Of a DNA stretch of 64,000 bases, positions 44,456 through 53,949 are shown piece by piece; positions within the stretch are counted from its first letter, which is position 1; every line of letters starts with the position of its first letter. This DNA is from an uncultured Bacteroidales bacterium (lineage in GTDB: Bacteria > Bacteroidota > Bacteroidia > Bacteroidales > UBA7960), in contig CAZBGI010000005.1 in NCBI GenBank assembly GCA_964491395.1, forward strand, positions 4,676-68,675, in the 5' to 3' direction. A program made the translations under genes and the position numbers. The notes below the pieces were generated by a model, which was not told the origin of the DNA, made no database searches, and was given only the letters and a program-made list of their open reading frames with translations.

Positions 44456-46831
44456 TCATGGTTTTCTCACTTTTATCCGGATTTCCTTTTGCAGGGAATT
44501 TCCCTTGTGGTCAGTAACCAGCAGGGTGTGCAACCCTTCATTGGGGCGAAATCCCATTTCATGAAAGTCTGTAGTACTTCCCTTGTATTCCTGGTTAAGA
44601 TGCCAATGGATAGTACTTTTCTCATGGCGATGCGCCACCCGGAAAATAACCTCTCCGGGGGTACCATCCAGCTCGTAGGGAATAAAAATATCAACAGATT
44701 CTGAAGGATAAATCCACTGCATGGGGCCCGAATCCTGTGCAGAAGATCTGCAATCCTGGTGAAATGGAGGAAGGGGCTTGTAAAAGGGGTGGCTGCGTCG
44801 AAAATAATATTCCTGAACAGGAGGCAAGACAAACCACGACTGAGTTTCCATGTCTGCCCAGGAAGCACATTCGGAGTTAACTCTCTTTCCTGATTTTTTG
44901 TCGAGATGAACCGTTATATGGTGAGGACAAACACCGGTTTGAAATTCTACCCGGGGTGCTTGCAGGGTATCCACTTCAGGGCATAAACCGGATGCCGGGT
45001 AGCCACTTGTTCTGCAAACCCTGACCGGGTTGAGATCATCATGAGGAGCAGCAAACCAGGGCTGGGCAGGGAGGATGCCAAAGATGTCAAACATCACGGG
45101 AGCTGCAGCAGCAATTCCTGTTAGGTCTGGCCGCCCTTCACCCGTGGCATTTCCAACCCATACCGCAACCACATATTTCGAATTTACCCCGATACTCCAT
45201 GCATCACGATTGCCATAACTGGTGCCGGTTTTCCAGGCGATTTTTCTTTTGTCGGCAAACAATTGCCAGTTAGCCTCTGTATCGGGGCGCGATGCCTCTA
45301 CCATGGCTTCAAAGGTATGCCACAGTACGCCGGGAGTGAACGGGGAAGGTGCTGATGTGCCAGTACCCCTTTCTTTGGAAGAAAGGTAGGTGAGTGGATG
45401 GAAAGTATGGGATGCTGAACCCGGTTCCTGCTGTGGAATCTGATTCAGGCTTCTTGCCAGGGAAGCATAAGCTCCTGCAATTTCCCACAGGGTTACTTCA
45501 CCTCCACCCAGTATCATCGACAAACCGTAATGAGAAGAAGGCTTGTCGAAAGTGTTCATACCGCAACTTTTCAGTAATGCATGAAATTTGTCCGGATCAT
45601 ACTCCTGAAGCATACGCACCGCCGGGATATTCAATGATCTTGCCAGGGCAAGGCTTGCCGGTACTGCTCCCTCATAGGTCCGGGTGAAGTTTTCCGGTGT
45701 AAACCCCCGGAAGAAAGTTGGAACATCAGGAACAAGGGTGTGGGGCAGGATTTGTCCTTCCTGCAGCAACCCTGCATACAGAAAAGGTTTTAATAAACTT
45801 CCCGGACTGCGTCGGGAGGAAATTATATCTACTTTTACTGCGTTTACAGGGAGGTTTCCCTGGGATATATTGCCCAGGTAAACAAGTACTTCACCTGTAT
45901 TTACATCTGCTACCAGGGCGGAAATATTGTGAATATGGTTGGCTCTGAGGATTTCGTGATGTTGCTGTAAAAACCGGGCTGTCCTTCCTTGCAAATCAGG
46001 GTGGATGGTCGTATAAATTTGCTCTCCCTCTCTTCCATCCCGGATGCTTCGGGTAAAAAGGTGAGGAGCGAGTTGTGGCAAGGGATAAGGCGGTCCGGGC
46101 GTGGGTTCTGCAAGCGAGAGCTTAAGCGTCATTTCATCCAGGTATCCTCTTTGGTACAGCAGGGTAAGCAACCGGTTGCGCTTTTGTAGCAATAGCTGCT
46201 GGTTTTTCCCGGGGAAAATCAATGCCGGACTGTTGGGTAAAACCGCCAGGGTAGCCGCTTCGGCCCACGAAAGCTCCTCTGGTGTATGGGAAAAATACCG
46301 CCAGGAGGCAGCCTGCAGCCCTACCACATTTCCTCCCATGGGTGCGTGGGCAGCATACATTTGCAGAATCTCTTCCTTACTGTATCTCAGTTCCAGACGC
46401 ATGGCAAGCCATACTTCAATAATTTTTTCTTTCAGGGTACGGGCTTTTCCCTTTCGGCTGAGCCTGATAACCTGCATGCTCAGGGTGCTGGCACCACTTT
46501 TCATCCCTTCCTTTTTCAGGTTCTGTAAAATGGCTCGACCGATGGCAAGCGGATTGAATCCGGGGTGATAGGGAAAGTACCGGTCTTCGAAATTGATGAG
46601 TGCTGTTTTATAGTTTTCGGGTAAGGATTCTCCCGGCGGGAATCGCCATTGCCCGTCATGGGCTACCGTGGCATTGAGCAACTGATGATCAGCATCGTAC
46701 ATTACTGTGCTGTAAACCTCAGGAAATAATTTCCGGGGTAGGGAAAATAACCATAATCCTGCCAGAAGCAAAAGCAACATGCAGATTACCCATTTTCGGT
46801 AGTACAGGATTTTCCTCAGGATTTGATGCAT
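44456..46831 (-). CDS. pbpC: Penicillin-binding protein 1C (bifunctional glycosyltransferase/transpeptidase)
   Basis: 791 aa. GT51 motifs FEDRYFPYHPG and GASTLSMQ. Transpeptidase motifs SPGSLLKP (SxxK) and KTGTS. C-terminal PBP1C-type extension. Confidence 0.85.
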   Translation of the reverse strand: MHQILRKILYYRKWVICMLLLLLAGLWLFSLPRKLFPEVYSTVMYDADHQLLNATVAHDGQWRFPPGESLPENYKTALINFEDRYFPYHPGFNPLAIGRAILQNLKKEGMKSGASTLSMQVIRLSRKGKARTLKEKIIEVWLAMRLELRYSKEEILQMYAAHAPMGGNVVGLQAASWRYFSHTPEELSWAEAATLAVLPNSPALIFPGKNQQLLLQKRNRLLTLLYQRGYLDEMTLKLSLAEPTPGPPYPLPQLAPHLFTRSIRDGREGEQIYTTIHPDLQGRTARFLQQHHEILRANHIHNISALVADVNTGEVLVYLGNISQGNLPVNAVKVDIISSRRSPGSLLKPFLYAGLLQEGQILPHTLVPDVPTFFRGFTPENFTRTYEGAVPASLALARSLNIPAVRMLQEYDPDKFHALLKSCGMNTFDKPSSHYGLSMILGGGEVTLWEIAGAYASLARSLNQIPQQEPGSASHTFHPLTYLSSKERGTGTSAPSPFTPGVLWHTFEAMVEASRPDTEANWQLFADKRKIAWKTGTSYGNRDAWSIGVNSKYVVAVWVGNATGEGRPDLTGIAAAAPVMFDIFGILPAQPWFAAPHDDLNPVRVCRTSGYPASGLCPEVDTLQAPRVEFQTGVCPHHITVHLDKKSGKRVNSECASWADMETQSWFVLPPVQEYYFRRSHPFYKPLPPFHQDCRSSAQDSGPMQWIYPSESVDIFIPYELDGTPGEVIFRVAHRHEKSTIHWHLNQEYKGSTTDFHEMGFRPNEGLHTLLVTDHKGNSLQKEIRIKVRKP

Positions 46832-46917
46832 GGCGTAAAATTAATGAGAATTTATTTTTATCATCAAAATAACACAAACCAAAAGGGAGAAACTATCACT
46901 ATCTGCTAAAAATTTCG

Positions 46918-46925
46918 TACGTTTG
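46918..46925 (+). promoter_or_regulatory. -7 promoter box TACGTTTG
   Basis: Lies 18 nt upstream of the smpB ATG at 46943. Confidence 0.5.
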
Positions 46926-46942
46926 TGCCCCCAAATAAAGCT

Positions 46943-47389
46943 ATGGCGAACAAACTCAACATAAAAAACAAAAAAGCTTCTTTCGAATTTTTCCTGCTGG
47001 AGAAATTTGTGGCAGGCATGGTACTCACCGGAACAGAGATAAAATCCCTGCGGGCCGGAAAGGCCAGCATTAATGAGGCCTATTGTACTTTCGTCAACGA
47101 TGAGCTGTTTGTCCGTAACATGAACATCTCAGAATATGAGTACGGAACCTACAACAACCATGAGCCCAAGCGGGACCGCAAGCTTTTACTTACGGCCAAA
47201 GAGTTGAAAAAGCTACAGGCAGCCTTGAATGAGAAGGGGCTGACCCTTATACCTACCTTTTTATTTATCAATGAGAAGGGATTGGCAAAACTGGAGATTG
47301 CCCTGGCCCGAGGTAAAAAACTTTATGATAAGAGAGAAACCCTGAAACAAAAGGATACAAAACGAGATTTAGAGAGGAGTGGTTACTAA
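46943..47389 (+). CDS. smpB: SsrA-binding protein
   Basis: The ORF track starts at a GTG at 46925, which overlaps a TACGTTTG promoter box. I prefer the ATG at 46943. IKNKKASFEFFLLEKFVAGMVLTGTEIKSLR... is typical SmpB. Confidence 0.92.
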   Translation: MANKLNIKNKKASFEFFLLEKFVAGMVLTGTEIKSLRAGKASINEAYCTFVNDELFVRNMNISEYEYGTYNNHEPKRDRKLLLTAKELKKLQAALNEKGLTLIPTFLFINEKGLAKLEIALARGKKLYDKRETLKQKDTKRDLERSGY

Positions 47390-47394
47390 ACAGA

Positions 47395-48213
47395 TTAATC
47401 TTTTGAAAGGGTAGGGGGTTGGGTTCCCTTTGCAGGTTTATACTCATACCTTATTTTAACAGGTTTATTTTCCTTTTTATCCTCCTTCACTGCTTTTTCG
47501 CTATCCTCTGTTGAGTGGGTGGTCATCCAGTAAGGAGGATTGTCTTTATCCCATTCCTCTTCGGTTTCTTCCTCCAGTTCCCAGGAGTATTTTTTCCTCT
47601 GTGGACCTGTACCCTTAAAAAACAAGGCCAATACAATCCCGGCTACCATTCCCATCAGGTGACCTTCCCATGAAACCCTCTCGCGCAAGGGGAAAAGACC
47701 CCACACCAAACTTCCGTATAAAAAAGCCACCAGTAATGAAAGAGCCATCAACCGCGGATGACCACGTATTACCCCACTGACAAACAGAAATGCTGCCCAG
47801 CTGTATATAATGCCACTGGCACCGATATGCCAGGATTCCCGGGCAAATACCCAAACCCACAACCCACTCATGATCCAGGCAAAAAGGGTAATGCGCAGTC
47901 CCAAATCACGATAAAAGTAAAACAATGCCCAACCCAGAATCAGCAAGGGCAAAGTGTTGGAATATAAGTGCTGGTAGCTTCCATGAATTAAGGGTGAAAA
48001 AATAATTCCCTTCAGCCCCTCTACTTGCAACGGATACACGCCAAAAGTGTGGAAACTGGTTTGTAATATATCTTCAGTGATTTTCACCCCCCATATGATA
48101 ATGACCAGAATAACCGGAAAAAGAAAGGCGGACAGGATTTTGCTTTTATCTTTTGTTTGCATGAAAAATATGTTATTCCCGGGGAAATACCGGATATTCC
48201 TAATTTCATGCAA
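47395..48213 (-). CDS. Rhomboid-family intramembrane serine protease
   Basis: 272 aa. HGSYQHLYSNT and the catalytic GASGIIYS (GxSG) within multi-TM topology, plus a charged C-terminal tail. The start could instead be the ATG at 48162. Confidence 0.8.
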   Translation of the reverse strand: MHEIRNIRYFPGNNIFFMQTKDKSKILSAFLFPVILVIIIWGVKITEDILQTSFHTFGVYPLQVEGLKGIIFSPLIHGSYQHLYSNTLPLLILGWALFYFYRDLGLRITLFAWIMSGLWVWVFARESWHIGASGIIYSWAAFLFVSGVIRGHPRLMALSLLVAFLYGSLVWGLFPLRERVSWEGHLMGMVAGIVLALFFKGTGPQRKKYSWELEEETEEEWDKDNPPYWMTTHSTEDSEKAVKEDKKENKPVKIRYEYKPAKGTQPPTLSKD

Positions 48214-48319
48214 GATAATAAAATTATGGGTTCCTTTACTTGCAAGTCTTACCCGAAAAAATCATTTGTGCCAGGTATATTCCATTGGTTCTTAAAATCC
48301 CGAATTGCTAAAAAAGTAT

Positions 48320-48327
48320 TATATTTG
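48320..48327 (+). promoter_or_regulatory. -7 promoter box TATATTTG
   Basis: Lies 31 nt upstream of the ECF sigma ATG at 48358. Confidence 0.5.
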
Positions 48328-48357
48328 AAATAACCCACAAACATCTATAAAGCTACT

Positions 48358-48945
48358 ATGGCTGAAAAAAATCCAACTTCTTCTTCTGAAATTACCACTT
48401 ACCTGCATGAGTTCAGCAATGGGAATAAGAAGGCATTGGATATGCTCTTCCCCATCGTGTATGACGAATTGCAAAAGGGTGCCCATCATCTGCGAAAGCA
48501 GTTTTTTAACCTTGACACTTTTAATACAACAGCTATTGTACATGAAGCCTATCTGAAACTGATTCAGGCCGGTACTTTTGATGTGCAAAGCCGCTCACAC
48601 TTCTTTTTTATCGCTGCCAAAGCCATGCGGCAGGTGCTTATCAATGCTTCTCTGAGAAAGCAAACCCTGAAAAGAGGGGAGAATCCTCTGAAAGTTGAAA
48701 TGAGCGATATTGATAATAATATCCATTTAAGTGATCAAACGGCAGAAGACTTGCTAATGCTCAATGATGCCTTGAAAAAGCTTGAGCTACAGGATGAAAG
48801 ACAGGCACAAATTGTAGAATGCCGTTTCTTTGGTGGTATGACCATTGAAGAAACCAGTATTGCCCTTGACATAAGCCCTGCTACCGTTAAACGAAGCTGG
48901 AATATGGCCAAAGCCTGGCTTTATATAGAACTCAATGAACAATGA
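48358..48945 (+). CDS. ECF-type sigma factor, Sigma70_ECF/TIGR02999-like (kinase-associated type)
   Basis: 195 aa. The N-terminus EITTYLHEFSNGNKKALDMLFPIVYDELQKGAHHLRKQ...TTAIVHEAYLKL matches that family's signature. Region-4 HTH: MTIEETSIALDISPATVKRSWNMAKAWL. Confidence 0.85.
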   Translation: MAEKNPTSSSEITTYLHEFSNGNKKALDMLFPIVYDELQKGAHHLRKQFFNLDTFNTTAIVHEAYLKLIQAGTFDVQSRSHFFFIAAKAMRQVLINASLRKQTLKRGENPLKVEMSDIDNNIHLSDQTAEDLLMLNDALKKLELQDERQAQIVECRFFGGMTIEETSIALDISPATVKRSWNMAKAWLYIELNEQ

Positions 48946-48987
48946 TTTTTTTCCGGATCCCCCTTTTGTTAACTCCAATTTTATTGT

Positions 48988-51567
48988 ATGAACTGGGACA
49001 GAGTTTCCGAATTGCATGAATCTTGCCTAGAATTGCCATCTCATCAATGGAAAGATTGGCTTGATAAACATTGCACCCATGACGACAGAGAGCAGGGTGT
49101 AGACACCATGGTACTAAAACTGTTAAAAAGCACATCAAAAGCAGATGATTTTTTTGATGTCCTTCATAAAAATATAGATGAGGACTTAGGTGTAGAAAAA
49201 GAGGAAGATTTTTTGAAGCCTGGTGATAGATTTGGCAAATTCAAAATCTCAAAGGAGATAGGACATGGAGGTATGGCCAGGGTTTATCTTTGCTCCAGGG
49301 ACGACGGACAGTTCGACCAGCAGGTAGCCGTAAAGATCATGAAGATGAAAGGTAACGTAGCCTTTTTGAAGGATAAATTCAGGCAGGAGCAGCAAATCCT
49401 GGCAGGAATCAATCATCCTAATATTGCGCAATTGTATGACGGGGGAATAACACCCGAAGGATATCCTTATATCGTGATGGAATATGTGGAAGGGCAGTCA
49501 ATTGATGAATATTGTAAAGAGAAAAAGCCTCGTTTCGATGAACTGGTAAGGTTGTTTGAACAGGTTTGTAACGCCATGCAATATGCCCATAACAAACTCA
49601 TTGTTCATCATGACATAAAACCAGCCAATATCATGGTTAATGAGCAAGGGAATGTTAAACTGCTTGATTTTGGCATTTCCCAGGTTATATACAGCCAGGA
49701 GAAAAATACTCAGGAAGTCGATGCATTTAGTGGAACTCTTAAGTATGCGGCACCTGAGCAGTTTTCTTCCGCACCCCCTTCGGTGGAGTCTGATATTTTT
49801 AAGCTTGGGCTGGTATTTTATACCCTTCTCACAGATAAGCATTTCGATTATACCAAAGTAGCAGAAGGGCAATTGGAACGCGAAATTGGTAATGTCATTA
49901 ATAAGGTCTCGCTACAATCCGGAACCTTGAGAGGTCTGAAAGAAAAAATCATCAGAACGGATCTTACCGCCATCCTGTTCAAATGTCTGGCTTCAGAACC
50001 CGGCCAACGGTTTTTGAGTGTAAGTGAGTTGTTACATGATTTGCGGAATATGCTCAGCATGCATCCCTTGCATTCACGGCAAGCCACCCTGGGGTATACC
50101 CTGGCCAAAAGATACCTTCGCAACCGAAAGAAGATTTGGCTTGTCACATTTTTTAATGTTGCCCTGGTAATAGCGCTGATATTCTGGATTAATCAATTTG
50201 TACAAACCATCCAGGAAAAGGAAAGAGCAGAATATTTGCTGGCATTTGTTTTCGATATTTTTGAGTCTGCGGATCCCGAGCTGCGACAAGGAGAAACAGT
50301 AACTGTTGTTGAGTTGCTCGAAAACAGCATTGAGAAGATTGATAATATCGAAAATCGTCCGGAATTTCAGATGGAGCTTTACCATTCTACAGGGATGATA
50401 TTTACAGGGTTGGGAGAATGGGATCGGGGAAAAGATTTGTATCATAAAGCCCTGGATATTTTAAAAATGCTGCCCGAATCGCGGGCCCATCAGCTTACAA
50501 AAGCACATTTGAACAGAGATTTGGCAGCTTGCCACAGAAATCTCTCAGAAACCTTACAGGCCGACAGTCTTATTTCGTTGACCCTTGAAACCTACACTGC
50601 AAATATGTCACAAGTTGATCCCTTTGATATGGCAAAAGCCTGGAATATAAAAGCTCATGTTGCCCGAATCGATGCACGACCTGAGGAAGGAATCAGGTAT
50701 GCCCAAAAAGCCGTGTCCGTGCTTGACCAGAATACTGATGTTGCCTCCTGGGAGCTTGTTTCTGCCAAAGCTAATATGGCCGCTGCCTTAAAAGACCTGT
50801 CCCGCTTTGACGAATCCTTGCAGGTATCCCGGGAAGCGATGCAGATCATGGATCAGCTTGAAGATGAAATCAACAGTACGCGCGTGATGTTGTACGAAAA
50901 CTTTGCTATTGCCCTGGCTCAATCCGGGAAAACAGAACAAGCCATAGAGGTACAGAAAGAGCTGGTGGAGATAAACACCCGATTGTATGGCGGGGATAGT
51001 CCTGCCACGTTAATATCCCTGTTGAATATGGCAGGAAACTATTATCGGCTGGACAATTATCATATTTCGGATTCTATCAATATGATGCTGTTGGATGTAT
51101 TTATGGAAAGGTTTGGTCCGGCCAACAATTATACCCTGTCAGTGATGTATAATCTGAGCAGCTCTTTTTACTCACAACGGAAATTTCAAAAAGCCCTTGA
51201 ATTTCAATACAGGGTTCTGCAAGGGGATATAGAGAACTTTGGAGATAAACATCCTTTCGTTGCCGGTGGATATTACAGCCTGGGACTAACCTATATGGAG
51301 CTGGAGCAATATGAAAAAGCACGTGAGAATCTTTTTACATCTCTTGAATTGTACAGGGAAAACTATGGTGAGAATCATCACCAAATTGCACGTGTTTATG
51401 GTCGGATAGCTGAACTGTATTGTCGGATTGAAGATGCTGGCAATTGCAGCAATTATTTTGATAAGGCTTATGAAATTGCAATGAAAGTAGTAGGAGAGGA
51501 GCATCCCACCACACAGTCAATTGTGAATAGAATGGAAGTTTATGAAGACTTTTTGTCTACACTTTAA
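48988..51567 (+). CDS. Ser/Thr protein kinase with single TM and C-terminal TPR-repeat region
   Basis: 859 aa. GHGGMARVY, VAVKIMK, HHDIKPANIMV, LLDFGIS and APEQ (Hanks kinase subdomains). TM segment IWLVTFFNVALVIALIFWINQF, followed by ~460 aa of TPR-like repeats. Confidence 0.9.
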   Translation: MNWDRVSELHESCLELPSHQWKDWLDKHCTHDDREQGVDTMVLKLLKSTSKADDFFDVLHKNIDEDLGVEKEEDFLKPGDRFGKFKISKEIGHGGMARVYLCSRDDGQFDQQVAVKIMKMKGNVAFLKDKFRQEQQILAGINHPNIAQLYDGGITPEGYPYIVMEYVEGQSIDEYCKEKKPRFDELVRLFEQVCNAMQYAHNKLIVHHDIKPANIMVNEQGNVKLLDFGISQVIYSQEKNTQEVDAFSGTLKYAAPEQFSSAPPSVESDIFKLGLVFYTLLTDKHFDYTKVAEGQLEREIGNVINKVSLQSGTLRGLKEKIIRTDLTAILFKCLASEPGQRFLSVSELLHDLRNMLSMHPLHSRQATLGYTLAKRYLRNRKKIWLVTFFNVALVIALIFWINQFVQTIQEKERAEYLLAFVFDIFESADPELRQGETVTVVELLENSIEKIDNIENRPEFQMELYHSTGMIFTGLGEWDRGKDLYHKALDILKMLPESRAHQLTKAHLNRDLAACHRNLSETLQADSLISLTLETYTANMSQVDPFDMAKAWNIKAHVARIDARPEEGIRYAQKAVSVLDQNTDVASWELVSAKANMAAALKDLSRFDESLQVSREAMQIMDQLEDEINSTRVMLYENFAIALAQSGKTEQAIEVQKELVEINTRLYGGDSPATLISLLNMAGNYYRLDNYHISDSINMMLLDVFMERFGPANNYTLSVMYNLSSSFYSQRKFQKALEFQYRVLQGDIENFGDKHPFVAGGYYSLGLTYMELEQYEKARENLFTSLELYRENYGENHHQIARVYGRIAELYCRIEDAGNCSNYFDKAYEIAMKVVGEEHPTTQSIVNRMEVYEDFLSTL

Positions 51568-51586
51568 AGATAGTTTTACAACTTAA

Positions 51587-51628
51587 TAAAAAAAAGCGCT
51601 TCCCGTTTCTAACCGGAAGCGCTTTTTT
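51587..51628. terminator. Bidirectional rho-independent terminator between convergent genes
   Basis: A 9-bp GC-rich stem (agcgcttcc/ggaagcgct) is flanked by an A-run on the 5' side and T6 on the 3' side. It sits between the stops at 51567 (+) and 51647 (-). Confidence 0.8.
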
Positions 51629-51646
51629 AGCAATTTCTATATTGGG

Positions 51647-53626
51647 CTACTGATAGTTTATATCGTCGTTGGTATTATTGGAGAACGTATTTCCTGACTC
51701 CGTGAGTTCTGCCGAGGATCTTACATCAATACCATAACCAAGACTATTGCTGATGGTACTGTTGCTCAGGGTCAGCCTGGCGCTGTTGCCCAGACCAAGA
51801 TTGGTCTGGCCTATTCCTGAAATAAGGTTGCTGTTGCCTGCATAGGATATTTCAACATATTCCATGCTGTTTTCCATTCTGCTTGATTCTACAGCCAACC
51901 CTTTCCAGTGAGATGCTGATCCTGATTTGCGGGTAAAGATGATGTTTTCCGAAGCAGTGCCATTGGCAACGATTACCCCATCATTGATTATTCTCAATCT
52001 TGCATCATTGTCAAATTCCAGCACTGTCCCCGGTTGCAGGGTGATTTGGCCCGAAATATCCGAACTGCCATTGAAGAGATACGTTCCGTTTTTGAGTTTA
52101 GGCCAGGTTACATTCTCTGTTTCATCCAGCGAAGAACCCTGCACTTCCACATAGTTGTTGCTAAAATCCGTTTCAGTATCAATGGCTGCTATCTGTTGAA
52201 CTCTTATATGCATTGCCGCCTGTGCAATACCCTGTCCGAAATGGGAGTTTTCAATACTTATTCCGGTTCCGTCGTACCGGATATAAATACCATATCCGTC
52301 AATTTCGCTGAAGTGAACATTGCTAAGGGAAAGTCTTGCGCTCGAAGCCAACCCCAGTGCCGTTTTTTCAAATCCACTGGCCAGATTGCTATGGCCTGCA
52401 TGTGCAAATTGTACATGTTCCATAAATCCTTCGAGGCTGGAGTTTTCATAAAAGATACCTCTCCAAGAACCTGCCTGTTCAAGGCTCCCCTTGAATATAA
52501 CCGGATTTGCACTGGTGCCCGATGCTCGTATAATGGCGTCCTCACGAAAATAAATCCTTACATCGTTATCTGCTACAAAAACAGCTCCTTCTTCAATGTT
52601 TATGTTATCGTATATATTTATATCATCAGAGAACCGGTAACGGCCATTCAATGCTGCCTTCCATGTATGATCGGTACTTAATTGTACATTGCTTCCATCC
52701 ATAACAATGTCTGAATTGTTGAAATCCGATGCTTCATCAATATCTCTTATCTGTCCTGCCGTCATATATATGGCTCCCAGGTTGTTGTTGTCGAAAAGAC
52801 AATTACTCATGGGGATACGGCTTTCCGCAGACCTTACTGAAAGGCCAAACCCATCCATGTGAGTAAAAGAAGAATTGCTGATATTTAATCTTCCTGACTC
52901 CACATGCAATCCGGTTCTGGGTCTTCCGGAAGAAATAATGCTACTGCCTGCATAAGAGATGTGCACGTGGTTGATTTCATTTTCTAGATTGTTAGACTCT
53001 ACAATTACTCCCCTCCAATATCCGGGCATTTCAGAATTTCCTGTAATGATAATCGGTTCATCTTCTGTTCCAACGGCATCCAATACACCATCGCTGGTAA
53101 CCCGGATGCGGTTGTCGCTCATAACGGCTATTCTCACACCGGGATCAATAATCAGGTGTGCACTTACGTTTATGTCACCTGTAACCAGGTAATCGGGCAC
53201 GGCAGGATCTTCCACAAGATTTATCAAGTGTAAATCGTCATTGTATGAACCGCTAATCTCCATGGTGCCGGCTGCCGTGGCCGTTACCGTCAGTTCATCT
53301 GAACTTTCGCCCAAAGTATTGTCTATGGTAAGATTGATTAGATAATCACCTGCTACATCGGGGGTAAACGTTGCGGTTGCAGAACTGGAATTATTGATGG
53401 TAGCATTGCTGCCTTCTGGCAGGGATGCAAAACTCCATGAGGAGGTATACCCCTCGTCGTTTAAATCAATAGATTCTCCTGAATTCAGTGTTACGGTTTG
53501 TCCGACACTTACTTCCTGATCCGGGCCTGCTACAGCTGTAAGTCCATGGTTATCTTCCTCTTCTTCGCAGCTAACAAAAATCATTACGGATAATGTGAAC
53601 ATTACTAATTGTGCTAATCTTTTCAT
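51647..53626 (-). CDS. Lipoprotein with PKD-like N-domain and three ~185-aa right-handed beta-helix-like repeats
   Basis: 659 aa with lipobox IFVSC. AGPDQEVSVGQTVTLNSGES...ATFTPDVAGDYLINLT is PKD-like. A repeated block occurs at W204, W388 and W574: YWRGVIVESNNLENEINHVHISYAGSS / SWRGIFYENSSLEGFMEHVQFAHAGHS / HWKGLAVESSRMENSMEYVEISYAGNS. Confidence 0.7.
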   Translation of the reverse strand: MKRLAQLVMFTLSVMIFVSCEEEEDNHGLTAVAGPDQEVSVGQTVTLNSGESIDLNDEGYTSSWSFASLPEGSNATINNSSSATATFTPDVAGDYLINLTIDNTLGESSDELTVTATAAGTMEISGSYNDDLHLINLVEDPAVPDYLVTGDINVSAHLIIDPGVRIAVMSDNRIRVTSDGVLDAVGTEDEPIIITGNSEMPGYWRGVIVESNNLENEINHVHISYAGSSIISSGRPRTGLHVESGRLNISNSSFTHMDGFGLSVRSAESRIPMSNCLFDNNNLGAIYMTAGQIRDIDEASDFNNSDIVMDGSNVQLSTDHTWKAALNGRYRFSDDINIYDNINIEEGAVFVADNDVRIYFREDAIIRASGTSANPVIFKGSLEQAGSWRGIFYENSSLEGFMEHVQFAHAGHSNLASGFEKTALGLASSARLSLSNVHFSEIDGYGIYIRYDGTGISIENSHFGQGIAQAAMHIRVQQIAAIDTETDFSNNYVEVQGSSLDETENVTWPKLKNGTYLFNGSSDISGQITLQPGTVLEFDNDARLRIINDGVIVANGTASENIIFTRKSGSASHWKGLAVESSRMENSMEYVEISYAGNSNLISGIGQTNLGLGNSARLTLSNSTISNSLGYGIDVRSSAELTESGNTFSNNTNDDINYQ

Positions 53627-53880
53627 TTTAGTCTTCTTTTTATAGGTTCATGTAATAGATGAATTCAAGCCTTTGAAACTTTTCACAGTGGAAACGTTAT
53701 CCGATGGCTTGTCATCATTTGCTCTTGAGTAAAACAAATTGAATTATGGATTAAAAATATAAGTAACCTGCTGGCAAAACGGGAATTTGGAAAATTCTCC
53801 GGACACGAACAAGTTTCTCTTTATTTAATTTACACGAAAACCAACAGAATAGGGTCATGAAGTGTGAAGAAAAATCTGTA

Positions 53881-53920
53881 AAAAAAGCAAAAAAGCCTAT
53901 GAATATAATTCACAGGCCTT
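53881..53920 (-). terminator. Rho-independent terminator (minus strand)
   Basis: The minus strand reads aaggcctgtgaat-tat-attcataggctt, a ~12-bp stem with one G-U pair and one bulge, then ttttgctttttt. It lies 30 nt after the stop at 53950. Confidence 0.6.
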
Positions 53921-53949
53921 AATAATGAAGGTTACGGGGATGATTCGGA

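Noticed and set aside
46101-46568. 155-aa plus-strand ORF
   Set aside because: It is antisense inside pbpC (GT51 motifs are on the minus strand).
52034-52681. 215-aa plus-strand ORF
   Set aside because: It is antisense inside the beta-helix lipoprotein gene, whose triple internal repeat supports the minus-strand frame.
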